A stretch of DNA of 45,464 bases from an uncultured Robbsia sp. (lineage in GTDB: Bacteria; Pseudomonadota; Gammaproteobacteria; Burkholderiales; Burkholderiaceae): contig CAWUJR010000001.1 in NCBI GenBank assembly GCA_963922375.1, positions 1 to 45,464 on the forward strand. The letters are read 5' to 3'. Positions 8,569 to 16,928 of the stretch are shown in pieces. The notes under the pieces are model-generated. The model was given only the letters and a program-made list of their open reading frames with translations. It was not told where the DNA came from and made no database searches. Numbering within the stretch: the first letter of the stretch is position 1; each line of letters begins with the position of its first letter. The position numbers were made by a program, and so were the translations under genes.

Positions 8569-9390
8569 TTATTCGCCTGTCACGACCGTGCAACGGTCAT
8601 CGTCTGTCCAGTTGTTACCAGTAAAAATGTGGTCGTAGCACTCCAGCAGCGGGTCCAGTCCTTTGCTGAAAATACCGTGCGTGACATAGAGGTAGAGCGG
8701 CTTGACGAAACCCCGCGCACGAATGGCCGCTGCCAGTTCGGTGAACGTGCGCCCGCCGTCGCAGATGTCGTCGATTACGAGTAGGGAGGTTGCTGGTACC
8801 TGCGACTGAATTTGTGTGCCAGTGATCGCACCGGTGCGGGTGTCGCGTACCTTATCGGCATGCACAACGTCGAGACCCAGATACCCTGCGATCGCATGTA
8901 CGCGCTTACGCGCGCCGGCGTCCGGGGCGACAAGGGCAGCTTGCAGAGTGGTCATCGAGCGGATTGTATCGACGGTGGCGCGTACAAACGGGATCGGGTC
9001 TCGAACGTGCACACGATCGAGCAACGCCGCCACGACGTCGCTGTGAGGGTCCTGGATGTGCACAGCGGCATACTGTTGGCTATTGATCAATTCACAGAAC
9101 ACCTTCGCGCTCAACGCCTCACCCAAGTTTGCAACCCTGTCCTGGCGGGCATACGGGACGTAAGGCATATTGAGATGGATGTCTGCGCCGGCGTAGGACC
9201 GCCGCAGTGCGTCCGTGACCATGAGCAGCTCCATTACGTCGTCGCTGTTGCGAATAGCGGCCGAGATCGTAAGAGCATTGACGGTGCCGCCGTCACGAAC
9301 GGTCACATGCACTTCGCCACCTGGGAACTTCTTCACCTCGTGCGGAAAAAATGTGACCTCGTTTGCGCTGTTACCGTAAATCTGGATCAT
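8569..9390 (-). CDS. Ribose-phosphate pyrophosphokinase-like protein (candidate Adps of NARP1)
   Basis: FPGGEV, PYVPYARQDR, DPHS, APDAGA.KR, VIDDICDGGRTF and YVTHGIFSKG; stop is 4 nt from the Nampt-like start. Confidence 0.92.
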   Translation of the reverse strand: MIQIYGNSANEVTFFPHEVKKFPGGEVHVTVRDGGTVNALTISAAIRNSDDVMELLMVTDALRRSYAGADIHLNMPYVPYARQDRVANLGEALSAKVFCELINSQQYAAVHIQDPHSDVVAALLDRVHVRDPIPFVRATVDTIRSMTTLQAALVAPDAGARKRVHAIAGYLGLDVVHADKVRDTRTGAITGTQIQSQVPATSLLVIDDICDGGRTFTELAAAIRARGFVKPLYLYVTHGIFSKGLDPLLECYDHIFTGNNWTDDDRCTVVTGE

Positions 9391-9418
9391 GTCTGTTGCT
9401 CAGTGATTAAGAGATTGC

Positions 9419-10018
9419 TTAGCGCGCCTTCAATGGGTGCCGCGGCGGGAGGTTTCTGCTTCGGCGCGCACCTGGTCCATCGCGTCGAGAACCGCTGTAC
9501 TTCGTCATGAGCAATTCTTCGATGCGGGTCGCAAATTCGACAGCCATGCGCTTTGAAAGTATCTTCGGAGGGATCTCCCGCGCGGCTTCCTCAGAAATTG
9601 CATATGCGCATACCTCTCCATCGAATTCGACGCGGTAGTGCTGCTGTCTATTAAAGAGATCGTCTGGGCCACGATATACGGTCGCTACCAGCATTTTCAT
9701 TACCTCATAGGAGGCGTCCGTGTTGAAATTGTTGAAGCTGTCAATCGTGCGTGTCAGTGGCGGGGCAGCGAAGAAAAAAGGCGCATGCGCGACGTTAAAC
9801 ATCTTCCTGGTCTCGGGCGCGAGCGTCGGATGGTGCTCGCCAATGAACCTCACCACATCGCACAGAATTCCATCTAGATGCTGAAGGTCATACCGGGCCA
9901 ATTGATAGGATTTTTCCCAATGACGGGCGCCAATTTCCGATGTTCTCAGTGTCTCGGCTAACGTTGCCTCGCGGGCGCGCGCCGCTCGCTTTTGGTTTCT
10001 TCCGTATCGGCGACTCAT
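9419..10018 (-). CDS. Hypothetical protein
   Basis: 199-aa ORF starting MSRRYGRNQKR, with ATGA overlap to the upstream gene. Confidence 0.7.
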   Translation of the reverse strand: MSRRYGRNQKRAARAREATLAETLRTSEIGARHWEKSYQLARYDLQHLDGILCDVVRFIGEHHPTLAPETRKMFNVAHAPFFFAAPPLTRTIDSFNNFNTDASYEVMKMLVATVYRGPDDLFNRQQHYRVEFDGEVCAYAISEEAAREIPPKILSKRMAVEFATRIEELLMTKYSGSRRDGPGARRSRNLPPRHPLKAR

Positions 10019-10497
10019 GCGATATTCCCAGAATGCAACGATTGACCAGCATCGGCGGCAGGAGCGGCCACTGCCGGGGCCGTTGCCTTAGATTGGGCAG
10101 GCAACGCGGTGCGTATCTCTGCGCATTTCTCGGCTTCTGATACGGGAAGCATCATGCAAATCCGCCCGAGTTGCAGAATCGCTTTCTCCCGCATTGCATC
10201 CCCATCTACCGGAACGGCAGTGGGAGGCGCGATCACCGGCGGGGTGCGGCGGTTCCACATCTCGATAGCTTCTGCTTCTGCGCGCTTTACGAATTGCTCT
10301 TGGAAGCGCATTTCGTCTGGGTCCCAGCCGCCGTTTCTTTCGTCCAATGTCATGAGGTCGGATATCTGGACCGAAGAGTTCGCCATTCCGCATTCGCACT
10401 CAATGTTGTATTGAGTTCCGAAGCCGTGTCCTAATTCTGGCTGTTCGCCGCAAAACGGGCACGGTTTCAGGTCGTATGTATCGGTGCGCTGGGTCAT
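10015..10497 (-). CDS. Lar-family (restriction alleviation) zinc-ribbon protein
   Basis: LKPCPFCG..IECECG..EAIEMWNRR signature. Confidence 0.75.
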   Translation of the reverse strand: MTQRTDTYDLKPCPFCGEQPELGHGFGTQYNIECECGMANSSVQISDLMTLDERNGGWDPDEMRFQEQFVKRAEAEAIEMWNRRTPPVIAPPTAVPVDGDAMREKAILQLGRICMMLPVSEAEKCAEIRTALPAQSKATAPAVAAPAADAGQSLHSGNIA

Positions 10498-10709
10498 GAT
10501 TTCGCTTCCGGAATGTCCTCGACACTGCAAAGTTCGTATTTGCCGAGGTCTTGAACTTCTAACTCCTCTTCAACGAATTCTCCGCCGCCGCCTTTAACAA
10601 TTTCCAGCGCTTCGGCTTCACTGGCGGCATCGGCGCTATACATCTGCCAACCGACAACAGACGTAGTTTCTACTGTGAAGAAGTACCGCTTCATTGTGTT
10701 TTCGCTCAT
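10494..10709 (-). CDS. Small acidic hypothetical protein
   Basis: ATGA overlaps at both ends; GAGGTGG upstream of the start. Confidence 0.65.
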   Translation of the reverse strand: MSENTMKRYFFTVETTSVVGWQMYSADAASEAEALEIVKGGGGEFVEEELEVQDLGKYELCSVEDIPEAKS

Positions 10710-10909
10710 GCTCCACCTCGCTTGGCGAGAAGGGCGGAAGCCGCATCGCGCCATTCCGTGTACACGTACGGCTTCAGGTCGGTTTGTCCGTCCTTTATCG
10801 TAAAGCCATTGGCCAGGAAGATCGTGCGAATCCGGTGGTGTTCGCGCCCTTCCTCAGATTCACGGTAGCCAGCGGAGCCGACTTGTCGCTTTTGAGGTTG
10901 CTTTGTCAT
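10706..10909 (-). CDS. Phage hypothetical protein
   Basis: Contains IRTIFLANGFTIKDGQTDLKPYVY; coupled overlaps with neighbours. Confidence 0.65.
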   Translation of the reverse strand: MTKQPQKRQVGSAGYRESEEGREHHRIRTIFLANGFTIKDGQTDLKPYVYTEWRDAASALLAKRGGA

Positions 10910-11541
10910 TGCTTTGAACTCTCGTCGCAGACCAGTGCCGCCTTCCTAGCCGCATCAACCGCGGCACCGATTCGGGACATCAGTTGCGCGGCGGCGTTAA
11001 GCCCCGGTAGGCTCCTGTCGAATCGCAGGACAACCTCGTTGTCGGTGATTGAATGTGAGCAGTCGAGCACAGCCGAAAAAATGCTTTCTGCCGACGTTGC
11101 TAGCGATAGAACCTGGGACCTTGAGTCGATGGTCAGTGCCTTCGCAGCAAGTTTTACGTTCTGTCTGTGTTGTGCTACCGCAAGTTTTTGTGTCGTCGCG
11201 GCTGATGCCGGCTTGTGACACATACGGCCCTTTGGTACCCATACCGTCGCAGCGACGATGCGCTGCCAAGACTCTTTGGTATTTGGCACAGCCAGACCTC
11301 GATAATCAAACCAACCTACCGGAGGCTGTTGACCCATGGATTCGATGATTTCAGCGGGGATAGCAATGTTCTCGCCACCGTTGTAATAATCGAGGTCGTT
11401 TTCGATCTGCTCTTTTGAGTACCTTCCCGCCCGATCGATGATCGGCGTATAACCGCGATCATCGGGGCGCCACAGCGTCATGAATGGATAATCCTTCGTG
11501 CAGCTCTTCGCGGAAATTACGATAAATTCTTGATTATCCAC
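10906..11541 (-). CDS. Phage hypothetical protein
   Basis: 211-aa ORF with TLWRPDDRGY..AGRY; part of the coupled operon. Confidence 0.7.
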   Translation of the reverse strand: MDNQEFIVISAKSCTKDYPFMTLWRPDDRGYTPIIDRAGRYSKEQIENDLDYYNGGENIAIPAEIIESMGQQPPVGWFDYRGLAVPNTKESWQRIVAATVWVPKGRMCHKPASAATTQKLAVAQHRQNVKLAAKALTIDSRSQVLSLATSAESIFSAVLDCSHSITDNEVVLRFDRSLPGLNAAAQLMSRIGAAVDAARKAALVCDESSKQ

Positions 11542-11545
11542 GGTG

Positions 11546-12091
11546 TCAATGCCTCGTCACATTGCCACGGAATTCGAATGTGCTATGCGCGAGCTTCTTC
11601 AGTTCACGGCTAAAAAATGCTTTCTTTGGGTTTCCCGAAATATGGTTCATGCCACCCCACGACGCATCCGTCGTAATGATTTTGACGACGATTCCTTCTT
11701 TTCGATTCGGATCCAGTGACGGCGCAATCTGCACGTCCAAGTCTCCATGTTTGGCTTTCGACATCCAAACCTCATTGATGAGTACGATCGCATCGGGTTG
11801 AAGCGGAGCCTTTTCCCTCCACTGGCACCCGACCGTTAGAAGGTCGTTGATGAGAGCCGCAAGCATATTTTTTCGAAGCGGAGCTTCCTCGGGCGTCCCC
11901 GAGAAAAACACCATTGACATATGTCCCGGCAGCTCGACGGAAACCACTTCTTCTGCTTCGGGAAAAGAGCAAAGGATCACAGCGGGCGGACATTCGCCGG
12001 TCTCGTTATAACGCTCGACGGCCGATGCTGCATACAGCCGGTATAACTCGGCGATCTGATCTTGCGTGAGGGTGCGAGGAGGGTTCGACAT
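11546..12091 (-). CDS. Hypothetical protein
   Basis: Start re-called at ATG 12091, which avoids overlap with 12103-12303. Confidence 0.6.
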   Translation of the reverse strand: MSNPPRTLTQDQIAELYRLYAASAVERYNETGECPPAVILCSFPEAEEVVSVELPGHMSMVFFSGTPEEAPLRKNMLAALINDLLTVGCQWREKAPLQPDAIVLINEVWMSKAKHGDLDVQIAPSLDPNRKEGIVVKIITTDASWGGMNHISGNPKKAFFSRELKKLAHSTFEFRGNVTRH

Positions 12092-12102
12092 AGTGGTTGC
12101 TC

Positions 12103-12303
12103 TTATCCGCCGATGCGGCTGAGGTGTTTCAAAATGACTGTGGTGCCACGCGCGACATTGCGCGGGCGGTCTGGACGGCTGATCTTGCCGATCCGGGCAG
12201 CACGGTGCGTATCGCATGTCAGGCACATCGACTTCCCTGCGCACTTTGCTTGGAGCGAAACCGCCTTGTGCTTTCGGCAACTATTGCAAAAGAATTCAGA
12301 CAT
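12103..12303 (-). CDS. Small CxxC..CxxC protein
   Basis: FFCNSC..MCLTC; GGGAG upstream of the start. Confidence 0.55.
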   Translation of the reverse strand: MSEFFCNSCRKHKAVSLQAKCAGKSMCLTCDTHRAARIGKISRPDRPRNVARGTTVILKHLSRIGG

Positions 12304-12308
12304 CACGG

Positions 12309-12434
12309 TCACTCCCAATGCCTTGGATATGGCTCGCAGCGCTCGCACACCGTGCTCTCATGTCGCGCTGGGTACTCGGGGCTGATTCGTTCAGCCCAGC
12401 GCCGTAGCAAGGCACCAATCGTGTGGCGGATCAT
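12309..12434 (-). CDS. 41-aa ORF below the ORF-track cutoff
   Basis: MIRHTIGALLRRWAERISPEYPARHESTVCERCEPYPRHWE; its ATG overlaps the stop of 12431-12622 and it fills the gap. Confidence 0.5.
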   Translation of the reverse strand: MIRHTIGALLRRWAERISPEYPARHESTVCERCEPYPRHWE

Positions 12435-12622
12435 CGTTGTTTCTCCCAGGCTCCGGTGTTCTCCGTCATTTCGAGACAGTTCGCACACATGTCAGAGTCC
12501 GCCTCCTTCAGATGAAACCCGCACTCGTTGCACATCAAATCGTCGTCGGTGCTCGTTGGGACCGAGCTGTCGACCGGCGCGAACTCCGGTCTTGCGTGCT
12601 TCGCTCTGGATCGCTTGCTCAT
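12431..12622 (-). CDS. Small CxxC..CxxC protein
   Basis: MCNECG..MCANC. Confidence 0.55.
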   Translation of the reverse strand: MSKRSRAKHARPEFAPVDSSVPTSTDDDLMCNECGFHLKEADSDMCANCLEMTENTGAWEKQR

Positions 12623-12668
12623 ATTCTTGGCGTCGGGATACGCGCCGCGCTGGCGGCGCGGTTAATCG

Positions 12669-13247
12669 TTAGGCGGCGGTGCCGGCAACCATCTTGCGTG
12701 GCCGACCGCGCTTTTTGGGCTGGACGGCCTCCGTAACCGGCTCGACGATGGGCTTGGCAAGCACAGGATCCGCCTTACTGCGTCCATTTTTCTTCGGGGC
12801 AACAGCGGGCTTGCGAGCCGTCTTCACGACCGGCTTTACCGCATTCGTGGTTTTCTTCGCAACGCTTCGGCGCGCTGCACGGTTGGCGGCGGCCTCTTGA
12901 ACGATCGGCTCGATCAAGATAAACGGCCCCTCCGGTGTCGTCTCCGTCTTCAGAATTTTTCCGTCCGCACTGACGCCTTGTGCCGCAAGCTGCGCCAGTA
13001 CTCCGGCGTGCATCTTTGCTTTCGTGGCTTCTGCGAACGAATGTACGTTTTGCAGCGCGGCTGAAAGTTGGCCGAGCGCCGCTTCGATCTGCGATCCCGC
13101 GTTCACTGCCGAGTGAAATGCGCCGATCTCAAACGCCAGAAGGGTGGAGGAGACCGCTATACGCTGGACGCCTGCGTTCGTTGCCAATTTTTTCTTTACC
13201 GTTGCCTTCGCTTCTACGGGGATGGGCTTCTTCGCTACGCGTTTCAT
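12669..13247 (-). CDS. Lys/Ala-rich putative DNA-binding protein with a C-terminal AT-hook-like motif
   Basis: Histone-H1-like K/A/P-rich termini and PKKRGRPRK near the C terminus; first gene of the leftward operon. Confidence 0.65.
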   Translation of the reverse strand: MKRVAKKPIPVEAKATVKKKLATNAGVQRIAVSSTLLAFEIGAFHSAVNAGSQIEAALGQLSAALQNVHSFAEATKAKMHAGVLAQLAAQGVSADGKILKTETTPEGPFILIEPIVQEAAANRAARRSVAKKTTNAVKPVVKTARKPAVAPKKNGRSKADPVLAKPIVEPVTEAVQPKKRGRPRKMVAGTAA

Positions 13248-13265
13248 ATTTTGTCCGTGTCAATT

Positions 13266-13302
13266 CGTTGATAATTCTGCTCCACGCGCAGAATTATCAA
13301 CG
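13266..13302. repeat. Perfect 15-bp inverted repeat with a 7-bp spacer
   Basis: CGTTGATAATTCTGC-TCCACGC-GCAGAATTATCAACG in the divergent intergenic region. Confidence 0.95.
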
Positions 13303-13358
13303 GGACATTCGACCCGCGCAAGGAAAATATTGCTTTTTAAGCAGAGTTTCTTTCTGTG

Positions 13359-13374
13359 GTCGTGACGCCACCCT
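13359..13374 (+). promoter_or_regulatory. Putative late promoter element (portal operon)
   Basis: GTCGTGA-CGC-CACCCT; predicted +1 is A13381. Confidence 0.8.
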
Positions 13375-13396
13375 TGAGGAAACGATTGGGGGTGTT

Positions 13397-15148
13397 ATGG
13401 CAGAACAAAGCGCATCGGTCGCTTTCAACGACAGCGCGCCGGAAGCGGAGCGGATTGGAGCGTTATCGGAGCTTCAGCAAACGCACATGCCGGGCGAGGC
13501 TGACCTACTGCCGCCGGCGCATGTGCGCGAAATCATCGATGTCGCGTTGGAGAGCTTCTCCACGCCCATGGCTAAGGCAATCTCGGACTATCCGGTGCCA
13601 TACCCGTCGCTCAACGTCCGCGAGCATCGACGCGGTATGCAGTCGATCGCCCTCGACGAAGTGACGATCAATATGCAAGGGGATTATTGGGAAAAGAACG
13701 CGACGCTGACCTTTGACGCGTTGCGCAATATGGTCCGACAAACGCCGATCCTAAATGCGGTGGTGATGACCCGGGTGCGTCAGGTGCAGCGCTTTTGCCG
13801 TATCTCTGAAAAGAATATTGATGCTCCCGGTTTCGAGATACGACACGTTGATCGCAAGCATCAGCTGACCAAGTCGGAGCAGGAGAGCATTAATCTTCTG
13901 AACCGATTCATCATGAATTGCGGGTGGGAATTCAAGCCCCGCTTGCGCAGATCGCTTGGCCGGGACTCGTTTTCACAGTTCATGGCTAAAAGCGTGCGTG
14001 ACTCGCTGGTGCTCGATTCCGCACCGATCGAGACCGAATGGAAACGCAACAAACGACTGGGGTTTGACGGGTTCTATGCCGTCGACGGCGCGACCATTCG
14101 CCTGTGCAACGAGCGTGGCTATCACGGGAACGACCAGATTTTTGCGCTGCAGGTAGTGCAGGGTCGCATCTCTGCCGCCTATACGCATGACGATCTGATC
14201 TACGAGGCGCGCAATCCGACCACTGATGTCGTGAACGCCGGCTATGGCACGTCCGAGACCGAGCTGCTTATCCGCGTTGTCACCGGCTACCTCAATGCCA
14301 TGACCTACAACATCAAAGGCTTCGACTCAAATCAAATCCCGAAGGGCATGCTTAACCTGGTCGGCAGCTACGACGACGACCAGTTGCGCGCCTTCCGCCG
14401 CTACTGGAATGCGCTGCTGAAGGGCGCCGGCAATGCCTGGAATCTCCCCGTGATGGTCAGCAAAGACCAGAACAGCAAAGCGACTTTCGAAAAATTCGGG
14501 GTCGAGTTTAACGAAATGTACTTCGCCAAATGGATGACGTTTCTCACGTCGATCATTTGCGCGCTGTACGGCATTTCGCCATCGGAAATCAATTTCGATT
14601 CATTCTCCGGCGGGAATTCGTCTCCGCTCTCGGGATCTGACACCGCCGAGCGGCTCGCGGCATCGAAGGATTCCGGGCTGCGGCCGCTTCTTGCCGCATA
14701 CGAAAACACGATCAGCGACTACCTGGTCTCGGAGTTCTCAGATGATCTGGTGTTCCGCTGGACCGGCCTCGACCCGGAGGATGGTGCCGCACGCCAACGC
14801 ATGCGCGAGTTGGTATTGACGGTCAATGAAATACGAGCCGAAGAGGGCCACGAGGCAATGGAGGGGCCGCTCGGTGACGCACCGGTCAATCCGCCCTTGT
14901 TGCAGGCGTGGATGCAGATAAATGGTGCTGGTGACTCGAGCGACGAAGACGGCGGCGGCCGCGGTCCCGGAAACGCGGACCTTCAGGCCACGGAAGGCTC
15001 CGACCCGGATGCTGCACCGAACAACGACGGCCAGCCGGACGACGCGAACGACACCGCGGCGTCCGGCTTTGGTGCCCCCACACAGAATGACTTCGGCAAG
15101 TCCTTCGGGCTTGCGCCGGTATTCACTAACGAGGATCTGTTCGCATGA
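13397..15148 (+). CDS. Portal protein
   Basis: AVDGATIR, GYG.SE.E, PKGMLNL and YGISPSEINF motifs, acidic C-terminal tail, first gene of the head operon. Start re-called at ATG 13397 (GGGGG RBS). Confidence 0.88.
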   Translation: MAEQSASVAFNDSAPEAERIGALSELQQTHMPGEADLLPPAHVREIIDVALESFSTPMAKAISDYPVPYPSLNVREHRRGMQSIALDEVTINMQGDYWEKNATLTFDALRNMVRQTPILNAVVMTRVRQVQRFCRISEKNIDAPGFEIRHVDRKHQLTKSEQESINLLNRFIMNCGWEFKPRLRRSLGRDSFSQFMAKSVRDSLVLDSAPIETEWKRNKRLGFDGFYAVDGATIRLCNERGYHGNDQIFALQVVQGRISAAYTHDDLIYEARNPTTDVVNAGYGTSETELLIRVVTGYLNAMTYNIKGFDSNQIPKGMLNLVGSYDDDQLRAFRRYWNALLKGAGNAWNLPVMVSKDQNSKATFEKFGVEFNEMYFAKWMTFLTSIICALYGISPSEINFDSFSGGNSSPLSGSDTAERLAASKDSGLRPLLAAYENTISDYLVSEFSDDLVFRWTGLDPEDGAARQRMRELVLTVNEIRAEEGHEAMEGPLGDAPVNPPLLQAWMQINGAGDSSDEDGGGRGPGNADLQATEGSDPDAAPNNDGQPDDANDTAASGFGAPTQNDFGKSFGLAPVFTNEDLFA

Positions 15149-15474
15149 TTGCGCTACTGCTTAAGGCGGTCAACAAACCAAGTCCAAAGCCGAAGGAAGA
15201 AACGGACCGCTTTGCGGGTTTGCTGTCGATCCTGGCCGAGCACAACCCTGATTGCAAATTCGGGCCAGACGACATCGATCCGGACGCGACCGTGAGCTTC
15301 AAGGCGGGCACGTTTGTCGGCAGCGGCCGTGTCACATCGAAAGGGCGCCACGGCGTCACGGTAGAGGATGACGACGCCCGGACGCACAGCGTGCACTGGC
15401 ATGAAATCACCGGACACAAGCCAGCCGAGAATTCGAAGGGCAAAGGACCGCGGAAGGGCGATGCTGGGGAATAA
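15145..15474 (+). CDS. Small head-associated hypothetical protein
   Basis: ATGA overlap with portal; N-terminal LLLKA motif. Confidence 0.7.
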   Translation: MIALLLKAVNKPSPKPKEETDRFAGLLSILAEHNPDCKFGPDDIDPDATVSFKAGTFVGSGRVTSKGRHGVTVEDDDARTHSVHWHEITGHKPAENSKGKGPRKGDAGE

Positions 15475-16684
15475 GGTTTTCCTGAACTTAAACGCGTTGT
15501 CATGCGCGTGCACGGACCATGTTCTCGGCGTATTGGCGAAGGCGCTGTCCGGAGAGGACGGGCTGGGGGACGGCGTATGGTCAAAGCACGAGAGTCCATT
15601 CGTGCAATCGCTGATCGAGCTTTTCACGTCGAGGGGGTTGCTGCGAATCGAGCGGGTACGTGAAGAGCTGAACGCTTGGATCGCCGGCGATCGCCACTCG
15701 CTCCACCCCGAGGCGCAATTGCCCTTGCGGTTCGATCCCGCACGGCTCGATGCGAGCGAGCTGCAGCTCGTGAACCTCTACCTCGAAAACTTGCCTCCGG
15801 CCGCGTTCACGCCATCGGACTGGGGATTGCTCGTCGACTACCTCATCAGCCGGTACATGCCTGCCGACGATCTGCAAACCGAGGCGGAGTGGCTGTCTAT
15901 CAGGTCAGTGTTCATGGGGAAGATCGAAGCCAACATTGCCACTCTGGGCGCGCGCCAAGCGGACGACGTCATGGCCACTATCCCCACGCGCACGTCTGAC
16001 GCTATTCGGACGTTCAAGCCGGACGCCGCCACGAGGCAAATCCTCGAATGGGGCCGGGCACGCTGCGGCGAAAACATCACAGCAGTGACGGACCACGCGC
16101 GCCACCGTATCAAGCGCGTCATCCTGGCCCATCAGGAGGAGGTGCATCTCGGGGGGAATCCTCCGCCCCAGGCGCTTCAGACTCAGCTGTTCGACGAATT
16201 CGCAACCATGAACCGCGACTGGCGGCGCATAGCATTGACCGAGGTGGGCGATATGTCCTGCAATGGGTTGATCGCCTCGCTCAAGCCTGGCACGAAGGTG
16301 CGCCGTGTCGAGCAATACGTCGGTTCCTGCGATTTCTGCAAAAAAATCAATGGACGCGTTCTCACCGTCGTTGCGGCCGACAAGGCCGGTAAGGACTGGG
16401 AGACGGAAGTGTGGCCGGGCAAGTCGAACATTGGCCGCTCCGGATCAAAGAAGAAAAGAACGGATGAGGGACTGGTCGATCGCTCCACAGAGGAGCAGTG
16501 GACCATTCCAGCGGGTACCGTCCATCCGCACTGCCGGGGGCGCTGGGTGGTACTCGAGGATGCCCGGCCTAAGGACGACCCGGACTTTGCCAAGTGGCTC
16601 GAGGAGCATTTCTCTAAACACCGCAAGGATCCGCGCTCATTCTCCCAGGCGTATCGAGACGCGAGAGACGCTGCGAGGTCATGA
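15461..16684 (+). CDS. Head morphogenesis protein (Mu gpF / SPP1 gp7-like)
   Basis: RDWRRIALTE, CDFC and HPHCRGRW motifs; follows portal. Confidence 0.8.
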   Translation: MLGNKVFLNLNALSCACTDHVLGVLAKALSGEDGLGDGVWSKHESPFVQSLIELFTSRGLLRIERVREELNAWIAGDRHSLHPEAQLPLRFDPARLDASELQLVNLYLENLPPAAFTPSDWGLLVDYLISRYMPADDLQTEAEWLSIRSVFMGKIEANIATLGARQADDVMATIPTRTSDAIRTFKPDAATRQILEWGRARCGENITAVTDHARHRIKRVILAHQEEVHLGGNPPPQALQTQLFDEFATMNRDWRRIALTEVGDMSCNGLIASLKPGTKVRRVEQYVGSCDFCKKINGRVLTVVAADKAGKDWETEVWPGKSNIGRSGSKKKRTDEGLVDRSTEEQWTIPAGTVHPHCRGRWVVLEDARPKDDPDFAKWLEEHFSKHRKDPRSFSQAYRDARDAARS

Positions 16685-16690
16685 CGTAGT

Positions 16691-16710
16691 GATGGCGACA
16701 TGTCGCCATC
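16691..16710. repeat. Perfect 20-bp palindrome
   Basis: GATGGCGACATGTCGCCATC equals its own reverse complement. Confidence 0.9.
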
Positions 16711-16912
16711 TGTCACGTAACTCCATCTGGAGGCCTGTATCGAGGCCACCTTCGGGCAATTTCGTGGCTGCAACGAACGAACATTCCACTTTCCCTCCAC
16801 GCGCACGCTCGCCGAGTGGAAAGTGGAGCATTCCTACTCCGGCTTTCGCCGCGTAGACGCGGATGTAATCGAGCTCCGCAGATTTTTAAAAGAATCTGTT
16901 CCCTCAGAAAAA

Positions 16913-16928
16913 GTCGTGACGCCAACCT
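16913..16928 (+). promoter_or_regulatory. Putative late promoter element (protease-scaffold-capsid), leaderless
   Basis: GTCGTGA-CGC-CAACCT-gacgtc-ATG; +1 falls on the A of the start codon and no Shine-Dalgarno is present. Confidence 0.82.

Noticed and set aside
6888-9390. NARP2 or the classical Nampt plus NMN adenylyltransferase salvage pathway
   Set aside because: No adenylyltransferase-like gene is in the window, and the partner gene is PRPP-synthetase-like.
6837-9510. Long plus-strand ORFs opposite the Nampt-like and Prs-like genes, and similar shadows such as 3225-4184, 18218-19147 and 25212-26342
   Set aside because: These are antisense shadows of well-supported genes in GC-rich DNA and show no recognisable motifs.
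12980-13396. ORF-track N-terminal extension of the portal (722 aa)
   Set aside because: It overlaps the opposite-strand gene and the regulatory region. ATG 13397 has an RBS and lies downstream of the late element.
16691-16710. Protelomerase (telRL-type) site
   Set aside because: The palindrome is only 20 bp and fairly GC-rich, symmetry does not extend further, and no protelomerase is seen.
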